From Candidatus Nomurabacteria bacterium (lineage in GTDB: Bacteria > Patescibacteriota > Minisyncoccia > Phycocordibacterales > SBAW01): a stretch of 64,000 nucleotides of DNA. This document shows, piece after piece, positions 11,101 through 18,417 of this stretch; within the stretch, counting starts at the first letter, position 1, and each line of letters opens with the position of its first letter. The notes below the pieces were generated by a model. It did no database searches. It saw nothing but the letters and a program-made list of their open reading frames with translations, and was not told the DNA's origin. The stretch spans positions 4,679 to 68,678 of the forward strand of contig CALQYT010000003.1 in assembly GCA_943348815.1 (NCBI GenBank). Direction: 5' to 3'. The position numbers and the translations under genes are program-made.

Positions 11101-12270
11101 TTCATTACCCTTCTGTACCAAATCGTCTACTTCAGCCAAGGCCAAAAAGCCATCCTTAAATAAAACGTACCGCTGCTCAAGCGTCATCCCTGGCGGCTGA
11201 TTGCGTGCTATTATCACGAGCGACGTTTCCAGCCGCTGCGCAAGCTCGCCGGCCGATTTGGTTTCGTACCGGGTCTTTTCCATCTCTTCCCGCCGCTTTT
11301 GACCTGGCTCGATTTTTTTACCCATTGCCATTTCACGACTATGCAACGAACGGTCTTTCTCCATCCTTCGACTCTCACGCACCGCCGCGATACCACCCGC
11401 TACAAGCGCGGTTAAACCTAAACTTGCCCAAGCGGCGCCCCGACTGGTCAGCGCCTTGGCTCCAAAAACGCCTACACTCGCTGCCATGCCGAGTCCTGCC
11501 GCAACGGTCGCTTCGTTTACAAGTAGAAATTTGCCTACTTTGCTGGATTGTATTCTGTCCACAAGACCGTCAACGCGCTTGAGCTCTTGGTCGGTCCTCA
11601 CATTGCTGCGCGCACGGCCCGCAACCACTTCAAACTCCAGATCAAGCAGTTCTGCACCAGTGCCGTGTGCTACCTGTGCTTGCACCTGCCACACCACCTC
11701 CTCGAGATTGTCGGCAAAGAGCCGATTGCGCTCACCTGCTTTTTCATCCAACACCTCGCCCTTAGCTGCGGCTACCGACTCGATAATAGCTTTACGCTCT
11801 ATCGCAAACGCTTCGCGCACCTGTGGATCACGCATATCTTTGAGTGCATACTCCTGCACCATCTCTAGGATTTTCTTTTTTATTTCTTTCTCTGCAGGAG
11901 TATCTTCGAGCACGGCGCGTTTTTCGCCCGCATCTTTATGCACCGCATATTGTGCATACTCACTGGTAAACTGCTTAACCACGGCACGGATAGATGACTC
12001 TACCGCCTCGCGCTCAGGCCCGTCGGCAACGGTCTCCCGTAGGCGCTCCAGCTCGTGAATTTCTTTTTGAGCTTTCGTTATTTCCTTTTGGCGATAGTAA
12101 TCGTATGCATAGTTGTGCTGCCAGAGCTTTTTCAAGAAACCTTTGAACCCTTTTAATTGATCCGCATTTTCAGTAAGACGCGCCTCGGCAGTGTCGCGCG
12201 CGTTCTCTTTAACACTATGCGTGCGCTCGACTATGGCAATCTTAATTTTTTGCTTGCGTGGTGCTTCCAT
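8122..12270 (-). CDS. Large multi-domain membrane protein with a C-terminal GT9 (heptosyltransferase-like) glycosyltransferase domain
   Basis: 1382 aa. The N-terminal ~240 aa is charged/coiled-coil. There are predicted TM helices (KFLLVNEATVAAGLGMAASVGVFGA, WASLGLTALVAGGIAAV, ATVGALVGLGVGLVA). The C-terminal ~350 aa matches GT9 motifs (ILMLDGPVGDSVVTMPV..., TISAGAGVQPKEYAPERW, VVVTPDTGLGHFAAALGTPNVMLILGDP). Confidence 0.6.
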   Translation of the reverse strand: MEAPRKQKIKIAIVERTHSVKENARDTAEARLTENADQLKGFKGFLKKLWQHNYAYDYYRQKEITKAQKEIHELERLRETVADGPEREAVESSIRAVVKQFTSEYAQYAVHKDAGEKRAVLEDTPAEKEIKKKILEMVQEYALKDMRDPQVREAFAIERKAIIESVAAAKGEVLDEKAGERNRLFADNLEEVVWQVQAQVAHGTGAELLDLEFEVVAGRARSNVRTDQELKRVDGLVDRIQSSKVGKFLLVNEATVAAGLGMAASVGVFGAKALTSRGAAWASLGLTALVAGGIAAVRESRRMEKDRSLHSREMAMGKKIEPGQKRREEMEKTRYETKSAGELAQRLETSLVIIARNQPPGMTLEQRYVLFKDGFLALAEVDDLVQKGNEEKKDYIHFSNPQNIVKERCELDVLRAQLRAAIHGTLSTDSELHSYVTSSTVNAELVAQRALVRGERETERERKDALFSQIKDRKVFKAATVGALVGLGVGLVAQETMAFFNKNQMGLIERLTQGKPVNPPDSVTALEWVRMKASHLINGEPSYMLMGGPVMDQIGSNHIRMPDGFSLTKVADTVTLIRNGEVVVSGLTTDRDGNFTDAAKDLLKKHDIALTGGPHTAINYIDTTVTEPGKRVAVRTPMSVGEAVQDYAERGDTKTIKRELWYDNNTPKPVFDKNELRLWYGGPNNTGVNAAGDYVYTVRGMRPDGSFHGPHSANAQELMRTGKLSLLLSVSKGTQNQVFEVAIDRNGQAIIPRDSEVARLLFETDAKGRAVFKGAFAEVAQTMRVREDATGVRILATQVGEDRPSVPDKVTYRTEDAITRRVTREETIRWWDTTINVPADPEVDPPPFIPFIPRTPLERLRNPDPLRTPVHGPSPEEPGHFAGGYGYERGSGGMKNDYTDLEKVYRNTQNSQRMKELVERLKYEKDLRVKYRSVLNRLKELEDFENLPARAQQVFEGERLQHNKRYNTDYSLSRFVDMQLDRTYRQIENIFIEESKVGGKPFAEEFYKTSPLRKGLERADEVILMLDGPVGDSVVTMPVIMALDHYFKQNGTTKQITVVSQHNKALFGALETQYPGLRVVNLAEVKALVQGAPNRERFVINADKTYKDYAALGVAPRRAGDPGYVMSVDWNSWLMEEAPREGKLTKRYDMIPQRVMRNLELMTGQKLFEDIKKVESFIGKRADHTEQVERLRTKYDIQPNEKVITISAGAGVQPKEYAPERWEELLTKIFAEHADAHVLFLEDPSAERRGRYASLMERLKTRFGRRFSVGKENAEFINPILAMSKVVVTPDTGLGHFAAALGTPNVMLILGDPIQWSEPKTIRVTHAKAFENYRKRTGTYALLWDQKWKSGYYIEENGEKIGASSIPPERIYKRINQVLSKP

Positions 12271-12282
12271 TGCGGGTGCGCC

Positions 12283-12585
12283 TTAGGCGGACAAATACAA
12301 AGATTTAAACTCCACCAACTCTTTGGCAATGACTTCGTCGGCATGGGGCACATGGCGCGCGACAAATGCCTGCACTGCGGTGTCGCTCCCCGCGTCGAGT
12401 ATCTTTTCAAAATTAACCACTTCCTCCGGCGGCATTGCCGCAAGCATGGCGATGTTGATCCGTCGCTCCACCCGCTCAAGCAGGTCTTGCTTCATTTGAT
12501 CCTGTACCTCTTGCGGCAGGGCATCCGCACCTTTTTCGAATAAAATTCCCTCTATAAAAGAGCCCAATGCGTCTGAAGTCTCCAT
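12283..12585 (-). CDS. Hypothetical protein (about 100 aa)
   Basis: ORF with an AAGGGG RBS 4 nt upstream of the ATG at 12585 (the track ORF extends to 12648). No recognisable domain. Confidence 0.4.
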   Translation of the reverse strand: METSDALGSFIEGILFEKGADALPQEVQDQMKQDLLERVERRINIAMLAAMPPEEVVNFEKILDAGSDTAVQAFVARHVPHADEVIAKELVEFKSLYLSA

Positions 12586-12602
12586 ACCCCTTAGTATATA
12601 GC

Positions 12603-12632
12603 AAAAAACACCCCCGGCTGGAGGTGTTTTTG
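12603..12632. terminator. Bidirectional intrinsic terminator hairpin
   Basis: AAAAACACCCCC-GGCT-GGAGGTGTTTTT: a 9-bp stem with one mismatch, flanked by an A-run and a T-run. It is immediately downstream of the 12659..13486 gene. Confidence 0.45.
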
Positions 12633-12658
12633 CTGGGTACTTACCCAAGAAAATTAGT

Positions 12659-13486
12659 TTATTTCGCGCGAGAGATCTGCGACGCGATGAACGGGTCGAT
12701 ACCAGCGTACTTAGAAGGAGTGCTGGTAGCAGCCTGACGAACCGGAGCGTGGGTTACCGTTGCACGAGTCGGCGTCGAGCCAACCATCCAAGCAACGATT
12801 TTGTTTTGAATTTTCTTAACCGCTACAAGATATGCCGCGATCAAGCACCAGAGGACGAGGAAGCCCCAGTAGGCTGCCGTGCCCCACGTACCCAAGTCGA
12901 GACCCGTGTACGGAGCGGCTGCCAAAGAGACATACGGCTGCGCGCGGTAAACCGTCGGCTGTTGGTAGACCGGGTACTGTGCAGGATATTGATACTGTTG
13001 AGTGTAGATCGGCTGTTGCGGAGCATAGACCGGCTGTGATACCGGAACATACACCGGGTAAGAGCCGCCGTTGCTGCCACCGCCGGCGATAGTAACCGTC
13101 GTCGGAGCGTTGAAGATCGAGTGATCGTCGACGTTGCAGGAGTTGACTGCCGTACAGGTACTCACTTGAGTGAGCGTGTTGGTATTGGTGTTGACGTTGG
13201 TATTAGACGGCATGCCGCTAAAACCACCGAAGCCGCTGGTGAAGCCGCCGCCGCCAAAAAAGCCCGGCGAGCTGAAGCCACCCATACCACCGCCAAAACC
13301 GCCCATACCGAGATCGCCGCCGCCGATGTCACCGCCCATGGGGATCCACGAGTCGATAGTTTCACCACCGCCAGGGATAACCGGGAGGTCTGCTGCATAC
13401 GCCGGCAGTGCAAGCACAAAGAGCGCCGCAATAGCAAAAGCTGCCACAAGCGAGATTCCAAAAGTTTTCTTAGTAATTGTATTCAT
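12659..13486 (-). CDS. Secreted low-complexity (Gly-rich, then Tyr/Gln/Pro-rich) protein with a C-proximal TM segment
   Basis: Signal peptide (LVAAFAIAALFVLALPAYA), GGFGGGMGGF-type glycine repeats, a PVYxxPQQPIYTQQYQYP region, and a hydrophobic helix followed by KKIQNK. Confidence 0.55.
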   Translation of the reverse strand: MNTITKKTFGISLVAAFAIAALFVLALPAYAADLPVIPGGGETIDSWIPMGGDIGGGDLGMGGFGGGMGGFSSPGFFGGGGFTSGFGGFSGMPSNTNVNTNTNTLTQVSTCTAVNSCNVDDHSIFNAPTTVTIAGGGSNGGSYPVYVPVSQPVYAPQQPIYTQQYQYPAQYPVYQQPTVYRAQPYVSLAAAPYTGLDLGTWGTAAYWGFLVLWCLIAAYLVAVKKIQNKIVAWMVGSTPTRATVTHAPVRQAATSTPSKYAGIDPFIASQISRAK

Positions 13487-13533
13487 AAATTGTTTGCTTA
13501 CCGTCTCGCCTGTAATAATGGCTTAACAGCACT

Positions 13534-13561
13534 ATTATATCAGAACCTTATAATTTGTCAA
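13534..13561 (-). promoter_or_regulatory. Consensus sigma70-type promoter for the Gly-rich secreted protein gene
   Basis: The minus strand reads TTGACA-16 nt-TATAAT, about 45 nt upstream of the ATG at 13486. Confidence 0.45.
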
Positions 13562-13623
13562 TACCCACGCTCCGAGCTCAATTTTTAGTTAGATTAAGCT
13601 CAGAGAATGAAATTAACGAGCCC

Positions 13624-13656
13624 CGGCGACCACGATTCCTAAATCGTGGTCGCCGA
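13624..13656 (-). terminator. Perfect 14-bp stem hairpin downstream of the 13672..14385 gene
   Basis: CGGCGACCACGATT-CCTAA-AATCGTGGTCGCCG, 15 nt after the stop. There is no strong U-tract. Confidence 0.4.
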
Positions 13657-13671
13657 AAGCTTTGGCAGGGC

Positions 13672-14385
13672 CTACAGGCCCAACCGATTGATCGTCCCAT
13701 CCGGGCAAGAATGCCGGATAAGGATCATCCGCGTCTGCGGATCAGGGACTTGGATAGTCTTGCATCCCTTGATCTGTGCGATGCCGCCACGGGCGGTATG
13801 CTTTGTCGTCTTTGCGGCGCCGAGGACTTGCACCACCCGGGCCGGCATCGCAGCCTCGTTTACCTTTCCCTTGCGGGGACTGGCAGTCCGAGTGGCTGGC
13901 GGCGTGACCGGTTGTGCATCAGCGTCGGGATCAGCCTGCGGAGGTGGCGGCACTTGCGGCGCCGCGACCTTAGCCTTTTGTTCGAGAGCCTGAGCCTTCT
14001 TGATGAAGGCGGGCCATTCACCCTTGCAGTTGGCGAACAGCTTTTCAGCCTCGGCCTGGGAATAGCTGTCCAGGACTTCGCGGAAGATTTCGGCGTCGAT
14101 GGTGCCCCACTGAACCTGGCCGCTGCACTGGCCATTCAGCAGGTTAAGCCTGGCGGCCGGTTTGAGCGAGTCCCAGTTTTTGAGTGCGGCAGCCATTGCA
14201 GGATTAGTCACCGTCGGAGGTGCCTTCTGCTGCGGACCGGCGATAGGCGCCGGCGGAGGCGTCGTGTTGGTAGTCGTAAACGCCGTCTTCATCCACGGAG
14301 GCACTCCATCGCTGAAGGCCCAAAATGAGATGCTGACGATCGCAACAGCTCCTGCTGCGAGCAGGTAGCGTTTGTTGACAGGCAT
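13672..14385 (-). CDS. Pro-rich membrane-anchored hypothetical protein
   Basis: N-terminal TM (LLAAGAVAIVSISFWAF) and two proline-rich linkers (TPPPAPIAGPQQKAPP; QVPPPPQADPDADAQP). The antisense Arg-rich ORF 13555..14328 is judged spurious. Confidence 0.5.
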   Translation of the reverse strand: MPVNKRYLLAAGAVAIVSISFWAFSDGVPPWMKTAFTTTNTTPPPAPIAGPQQKAPPTVTNPAMAAALKNWDSLKPAARLNLLNGQCSGQVQWGTIDAEIFREVLDSYSQAEAEKLFANCKGEWPAFIKKAQALEQKAKVAAPQVPPPPQADPDADAQPVTPPATRTASPRKGKVNEAAMPARVVQVLGAAKTTKHTARGGIAQIKGCKTIQVPDPQTRMILIRHSCPDGTINRLGL

Positions 14386-14527
14386 GGCGAGTCACCTTTC
14401 AGGTTTGCGCCGCGTGATGCGGCATGAGAGTTAGAGGAACGTCTGCCTTCGGGACTCTTACGAGCCATTTCCGAAGGTATAGTTGGTCGCAAAATTCTGC
14501 GCGCAACTATACCCTCACAAAAAACTT

Positions 14528-15145
14528 TTATGAATTACTCACCGACGACTGATACGCACCGACAAAGTCGGCCGTGACGATGTAGCGTTGAGACTTCGTG
14601 CCAAAGGAGTCGCACGTAACCAAGGTGAGGAACTTGCCCGTTGCAGGGAGTTCTACCACATCTTCGGTGGCATTGGCAAGCCTTACGCTAGTGACGCGGT
14701 AGCGATACTCCAAAGTACCCGAGTAGACGCTCACCACGTCCCCTGTTTTGAGATTTTGGATACCGTTGAAGGCTTTGAAGTTTTGGTTGTGGACAATAGG
14801 CAGGTAAGATGAGTGGCCAAATAACAGCACCGTGCCATCAACGCCCAGCTGCGCCGAGGTCGGATAGCGTACCGCGCCCTTAAGCAAGTCTTCGTCGAGC
14901 GCCTCGACATCGGTCGAGTCGGGGTTGGCGACGCTTACATCCAAACCAACTTTGGCTGCGACAACGCGCACCGGCAACTCGGCTACAAAGTTTTGAGTAT
15001 TAGTAACTTCGACACTCGTGTCGACAGGGGTGGAAGCGTGGTTGGAGATGGGGTCGGGCAGCAAGTCGAGCGCGCCAAATACGGCAAAAGCGAGCACAAA
15101 AAGTGCCACAAAGGTTACTGCAAAGCTCCAATACGTCTTTGCCAT
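14528..15145 (-). CDS. Sortase family transpeptidase
   Basis: N-terminal TM anchor, a conserved His (LLFGHSS) and the TLVTCD...R catalytic Cys/Arg signature. I prefer the MAKTYW start at 15145; the track ORF extends to 15199. Confidence 0.8.
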   Translation of the reverse strand: MAKTYWSFAVTFVALFVLAFAVFGALDLLPDPISNHASTPVDTSVEVTNTQNFVAELPVRVVAAKVGLDVSVANPDSTDVEALDEDLLKGAVRYPTSAQLGVDGTVLLFGHSSYLPIVHNQNFKAFNGIQNLKTGDVVSVYSGTLEYRYRVTSVRLANATEDVVELPATGKFLTLVTCDSFGTKSQRYIVTADFVGAYQSSVSNS

Positions 15146-15211
15146 GGTCGCTCTAGAGTACCACAGATTTAGTAGAGGGTCAACTTGCACACTTGACAAG
15201 TAATTGGTAGT

Positions 15212-16327
15212 ATGCTACCCTCATCAGGTAAAACTTTATATATGACTATTAAGCATACTTTTAAAGAAAACGTGCTCCGGGTTGTTGCCGTTATAGGCCT
15301 TATTGCCGTGCTCTTGCTGGGTGCGTGGGGTATTATCCAGCTCGCCTTTGTACTCCCGGGATTCTTTTCGGGTTCTAACTCGGGCAACACCGCTAGCGCT
15401 AAAGAGACGCTCGTAGTTTCTCTCCCCTCTGCCGTTACGTCCGAACAAGCTTTCCCTATTAGCTGGAATCATCGCGGCCAGAGCGGCACGTACTCGTACG
15501 CTATTTCTTACTCGTGTACCGACGGTGTCTCGATGAAGACGCTCGTTCCGACCGGTGCTTGGCAAACGGTTGCGTGCAACACGCCGTTTAATTACACCAA
15601 CGCGTCTACGACGACGGGGCTGGTGCCGATTCTCACGGGCACTAAAAATGTTCCGGTCACTATTACCGTGGCGGCAACTAAACTTGCAACCGGCGCCGTA
15701 ACGGCAACCGGCAGCGGCACTACGATGGTGGGCGGTGCACAAAAAGTTACGGCACAAAAAACGGTTACGGCTAAAACTTCGAGCTCGAGCACCAAATATG
15801 TGCCGGCTGCTCGCACGACTAATCTTTACGGCTATGCCGACCTCGCGGTCTCGGTCGTAAGCGCTCCGAGCGCCGTGCCTGCTGGCTCGCGCACGTCGAT
15901 CCAGTTTGTGGTCCAAAATATTGGCACCAACGTTGCTCCGGCTGGTTGGACGCTCAACACGACGCTTCCGTACACTCCTGTTTACACGTATGACGCCGGC
16001 CCGCAGCGCGCGCTTTACCCTGGCGACAAAGTGGTCTATACGCTGACGTTTGATGCGCCGTACAACTACAACAATAATTACAATCCGTGCACCGGTTGGA
16101 GCTTCCCTTGCACACAACCGACGCCGGTTAATGGTGGCCCGGGTACGTGCAACCAGTATGGTCCGTGCAACGTCCCCGGCTATCCTGCCAACAACTACGC
16201 TTACACCTACCCAACGCCCAACTATGGCGGCACCTCGGTCATCACGATCCAGGTCGACCCGTACAACGCGCTTTGGGAAATGAGCGAGGTTAACAACACC
16301 GCCACGATCCCTCTCCAGGTTTACTAA
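15212..16327 (+). CDS. Secreted/TM-anchored protein with a CARDB-like domain
   Basis: N-terminal TM, Thr/Ser-rich linker, a DLAVSVVSAPSAVPAGSRTSIQFVVQNIG CARDB-type strand pattern, and a C-terminal E..EVNNTATI motif. Confidence 0.65.
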   Translation: MLPSSGKTLYMTIKHTFKENVLRVVAVIGLIAVLLLGAWGIIQLAFVLPGFFSGSNSGNTASAKETLVVSLPSAVTSEQAFPISWNHRGQSGTYSYAISYSCTDGVSMKTLVPTGAWQTVACNTPFNYTNASTTTGLVPILTGTKNVPVTITVAATKLATGAVTATGSGTTMVGGAQKVTAQKTVTAKTSSSSTKYVPAARTTNLYGYADLAVSVVSAPSAVPAGSRTSIQFVVQNIGTNVAPAGWTLNTTLPYTPVYTYDAGPQRALYPGDKVVYTLTFDAPYNYNNNYNPCTGWSFPCTQPTPVNGGPGTCNQYGPCNVPGYPANNYAYTYPTPNYGGTSVITIQVDPYNALWEMSEVNNTATIPLQVY

Positions 16328-16329
16328 AT

Positions 16330-16380
16330 CGGAAGGTTAAACCTTCCGACAAAACCCCGCTCATTTGAGCGGGGTTTTGT
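16330..16380 (+). terminator. Tandem hairpins, the second a rho-independent terminator
   Basis: CGGAAGGTTTAAACCTTCCG, then AAAACCCCGCTCA-TT-TGAGCGGGGTTTTGTTTG, right after the CARDB gene stop. Confidence 0.55.
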
Positions 16381-16409
16381 TTGACATTTTATAAAAAAAT
16401 TGGTATTAC
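16381..16409 (+). promoter_or_regulatory. Sigma70-like promoter
   Basis: TTGACA-17 nt-TATTAC directly after the terminator. A GGGAG RBS lies about 9 nt before the ATG at 16449. Confidence 0.45.
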
Positions 16410-16448
16410 TGTCGCGAACGCTCTGCAAACAAAACGGGAGAGACCGCC

Positions 16449-17249
16449 ATGGATAGATATGGCAAAGGTCGGTGCCCGTCTTGTAGGGAACCGATCCAGT
16501 GGGACATGAACAGTCCCCAAAATCACTACTGCCAGAATTGTGGCAAGAGTTTTGTTGTTCAAGAAAAGAAGCCGCCTTCTCCTCCCCCACCCCATGACCC
16601 TGTAGCAAACTCGCTCCAAATGGCCAGACGGTGGGTGGATCGATATGAAAGTGGTACCAAAAAACCACCGGAAAGGTCGGTGCAACGCCGCTATAAACTT
16701 AGACGCGTTGGCCAAGGCTGGTTAACAGAATACCCGAAGCCAGTGGAGGTAAATCGTCATCTGGCTTTGCTTGATGACAACATCGATCTGTTGTACTGGA
16801 TCGCGACGCGCGAACGGCTGTACGGTGTCCACTACAATCAGTTTCAAGTTGGATCCGCAATCCTGGCCTACAATCCAAATAATCCGGGGAGACCGTATCG
16901 CATCTTTAGCGGGATGAACTCCAAGGTTGTCAGTAATGGACGACCCACCTGTGCCGAGGTTGTGGCGACTGCTGAACTTTGGAAACATGGTTACACCCAG
17001 GTGATCGCCATCATGGTGGTAGGGCTTCTGCGAGACGAGGACAAGGGGGTGCTCAAGACATTACATCCTTGCGACTCGTGCCAACTGTTCTGCGCCCATC
17101 ATCCTGCATACCGCCCATGGAGCCGGATCATCACCGCTTATCCTCCGAGCCAAGAAGATGAGCAAACCGGCGTCTATTCGGGTGTTTACGAAGTGCATTC
17201 ACTACAGATGATGTTGCGAGTGCACAACCAACCCTTCAGCTGCACCTAA
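16449..17249 (+). CDS. Cytidine/deoxycytidine deaminase-fold protein with an N-terminal zinc ribbon and Pro-rich linker
   Basis: N-terminal CPSC...CQNCG zinc ribbon, a PPSPPPPHDP linker, then a CDA core (QVGSAILAY...TCAEVVA...HPCDSCQLF, i.e. CAE plus PCxxC zinc ligands). Confidence 0.6.
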   Translation: MDRYGKGRCPSCREPIQWDMNSPQNHYCQNCGKSFVVQEKKPPSPPPPHDPVANSLQMARRWVDRYESGTKKPPERSVQRRYKLRRVGQGWLTEYPKPVEVNRHLALLDDNIDLLYWIATRERLYGVHYNQFQVGSAILAYNPNNPGRPYRIFSGMNSKVVSNGRPTCAEVVATAELWKHGYTQVIAIMVVGLLRDEDKGVLKTLHPCDSCQLFCAHHPAYRPWSRIITAYPPSQEDEQTGVYSGVYEVHSLQMMLRVHNQPFSCT

Positions 17250-17264
17250 CCCGTGCAGCTGTTT

Positions 17265-17915
17265 TTAATTTAAAAACAAAGAGGGTTCGATTGCCTTCAG
17301 CGCGTCGGCGTACTCGATTAGTGCGGGGGGAATTTTGCTTTTTAATTCGGCTTCCCGCTCGAGATTCACCTTTGCGGCACCCGCACCGGGCAGCTCGGCA
17401 CGCAGCGCATTCCAGAGTTCTTGGTCGCCATGGTAGGAAAGTTCTGTTTTGTCTTTCTCATAGGCATCCGGTTGCAGCGTCGGATTGACCCCCGCCCAAA
17501 GCGCAAACCCTGCCAGCAATGGTCGAAAATTTTTCTGAGCTTTGATTGCTTCTTTAACCGAATTATATTGTGCTTCAACTTCATCCGCTATTTTTATGAG
17601 TTCTTCTTCAGCGGCAGGCCCTTTTGCTACAGCATCCCTCTCCCATACCTCAAACGCCTTCTGCACCCGCTCGGGCAACTCCTCTGCTTCTCTTTCGGCA
17701 GGAGTCAGACTATCAATGACCGGCTGCAGTGACGCCGGCACAGGCGGGAGTGGGAATGGTGGTTTTTCTTCTAAATAAAAATACGGATCAAGGTCTGCGT
17801 ACTGTAGTTTTTCTGCAAAAATTTTTGCCAGCGGCAGGAGTGCCCGCAACCGCACCGTGTATCGATCGGCTAAACCATCTAGCGTACTCCCGGGTCCTCC
17901 TTCGGCCGATACCAT
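17265..17915 (-). CDS. Hypothetical protein
   Basis: ORF with an ATG at 17915 (the track start at 17939 is a TTG). Acidic protein with no recognisable domain. Confidence 0.4.
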   Translation of the reverse strand: MVSAEGGPGSTLDGLADRYTVRLRALLPLAKIFAEKLQYADLDPYFYLEEKPPFPLPPVPASLQPVIDSLTPAEREAEELPERVQKAFEVWERDAVAKGPAAEEELIKIADEVEAQYNSVKEAIKAQKNFRPLLAGFALWAGVNPTLQPDAYEKDKTELSYHGDQELWNALRAELPGAGAAKVNLEREAELKSKIPPALIEYADALKAIEPSLFLN

Positions 17916-17939
17916 GGGCACATTATACAGGGCACCCAA

Positions 17940-17956
17940 GCAAGGTTCGACCTTGC
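17940..17956. repeat. Solo REP-like palindrome (GCAAGGTTCGACCTTGC)
   Basis: It has the same AAGGTTCGACCTT core as the palindromes flanking the Y1 transposase at about 38.8-39.4 kb. It is intergenic between two minus-strand genes. Confidence 0.4.
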
Positions 17957-18415
17957 TTACAACACTGCTTTTTCAAACGCCTCGATAATCGGCAGGAGAT
18001 ATTTGGAGATTCTTTCTTTGGCAGCGGGAATAGCAAAAAACTCGCCACGATCACACTCGGGTATCTCAATCTTTTTACCCGAGCGCGGCGGCCACTCGAT
18101 CACAATTTTATTGCTCACGAGCTTAGTCGTATCGCAATCACCCTCAAACATCCACGCCTCAACGGTTTTGCCTGTTCGCTGCGCAGAGCCCACATAGATA
18201 AAATTTCCTTCAGGTTTAAGCCCTGTCTCTTCTTCAAACTCGCGCTTGGCAACATCAATAAGTTGCTCCCCTTCTTTAGACTCACCTTTGGGGAAGCTCC
18301 AACACGCAAAATCTTTTTTAGCCCAAAAAGGGCCGCCCGGATGTACGAGCAACACCTCAACAACGCCGTCGGTGCGGCGATACATCAGCAGCCCGGCGCT
18401 CAGCACCTGCGCCAT
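17957..18415 (-). CDS. Nudix hydrolase
   Basis: Nudix box G-x5-E-x7-REFEEETGL; 152 aa. Confidence 0.8.
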   Translation of the reverse strand: MAQVLSAGLLMYRRTDGVVEVLLVHPGGPFWAKKDFACWSFPKGESKEGEQLIDVAKREFEEETGLKPEGNFIYVGSAQRTGKTVEAWMFEGDCDTTKLVSNKIVIEWPPRSGKKIEIPECDRGEFFAIPAAKERISKYLLPIIEAFEKAVL

Positions 18416-18417
18416 AC

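Noticed and set aside
12659-13486. LPxTG-type cell-wall sorting signal in the Gly-rich secreted protein
   Set aside because: The PYTG-like motif plus TM plus KKIQNK lies about 40 residues before the C-terminus, which is not canonical for sortase substrates. It is therefore treated as an ordinary TM segment.
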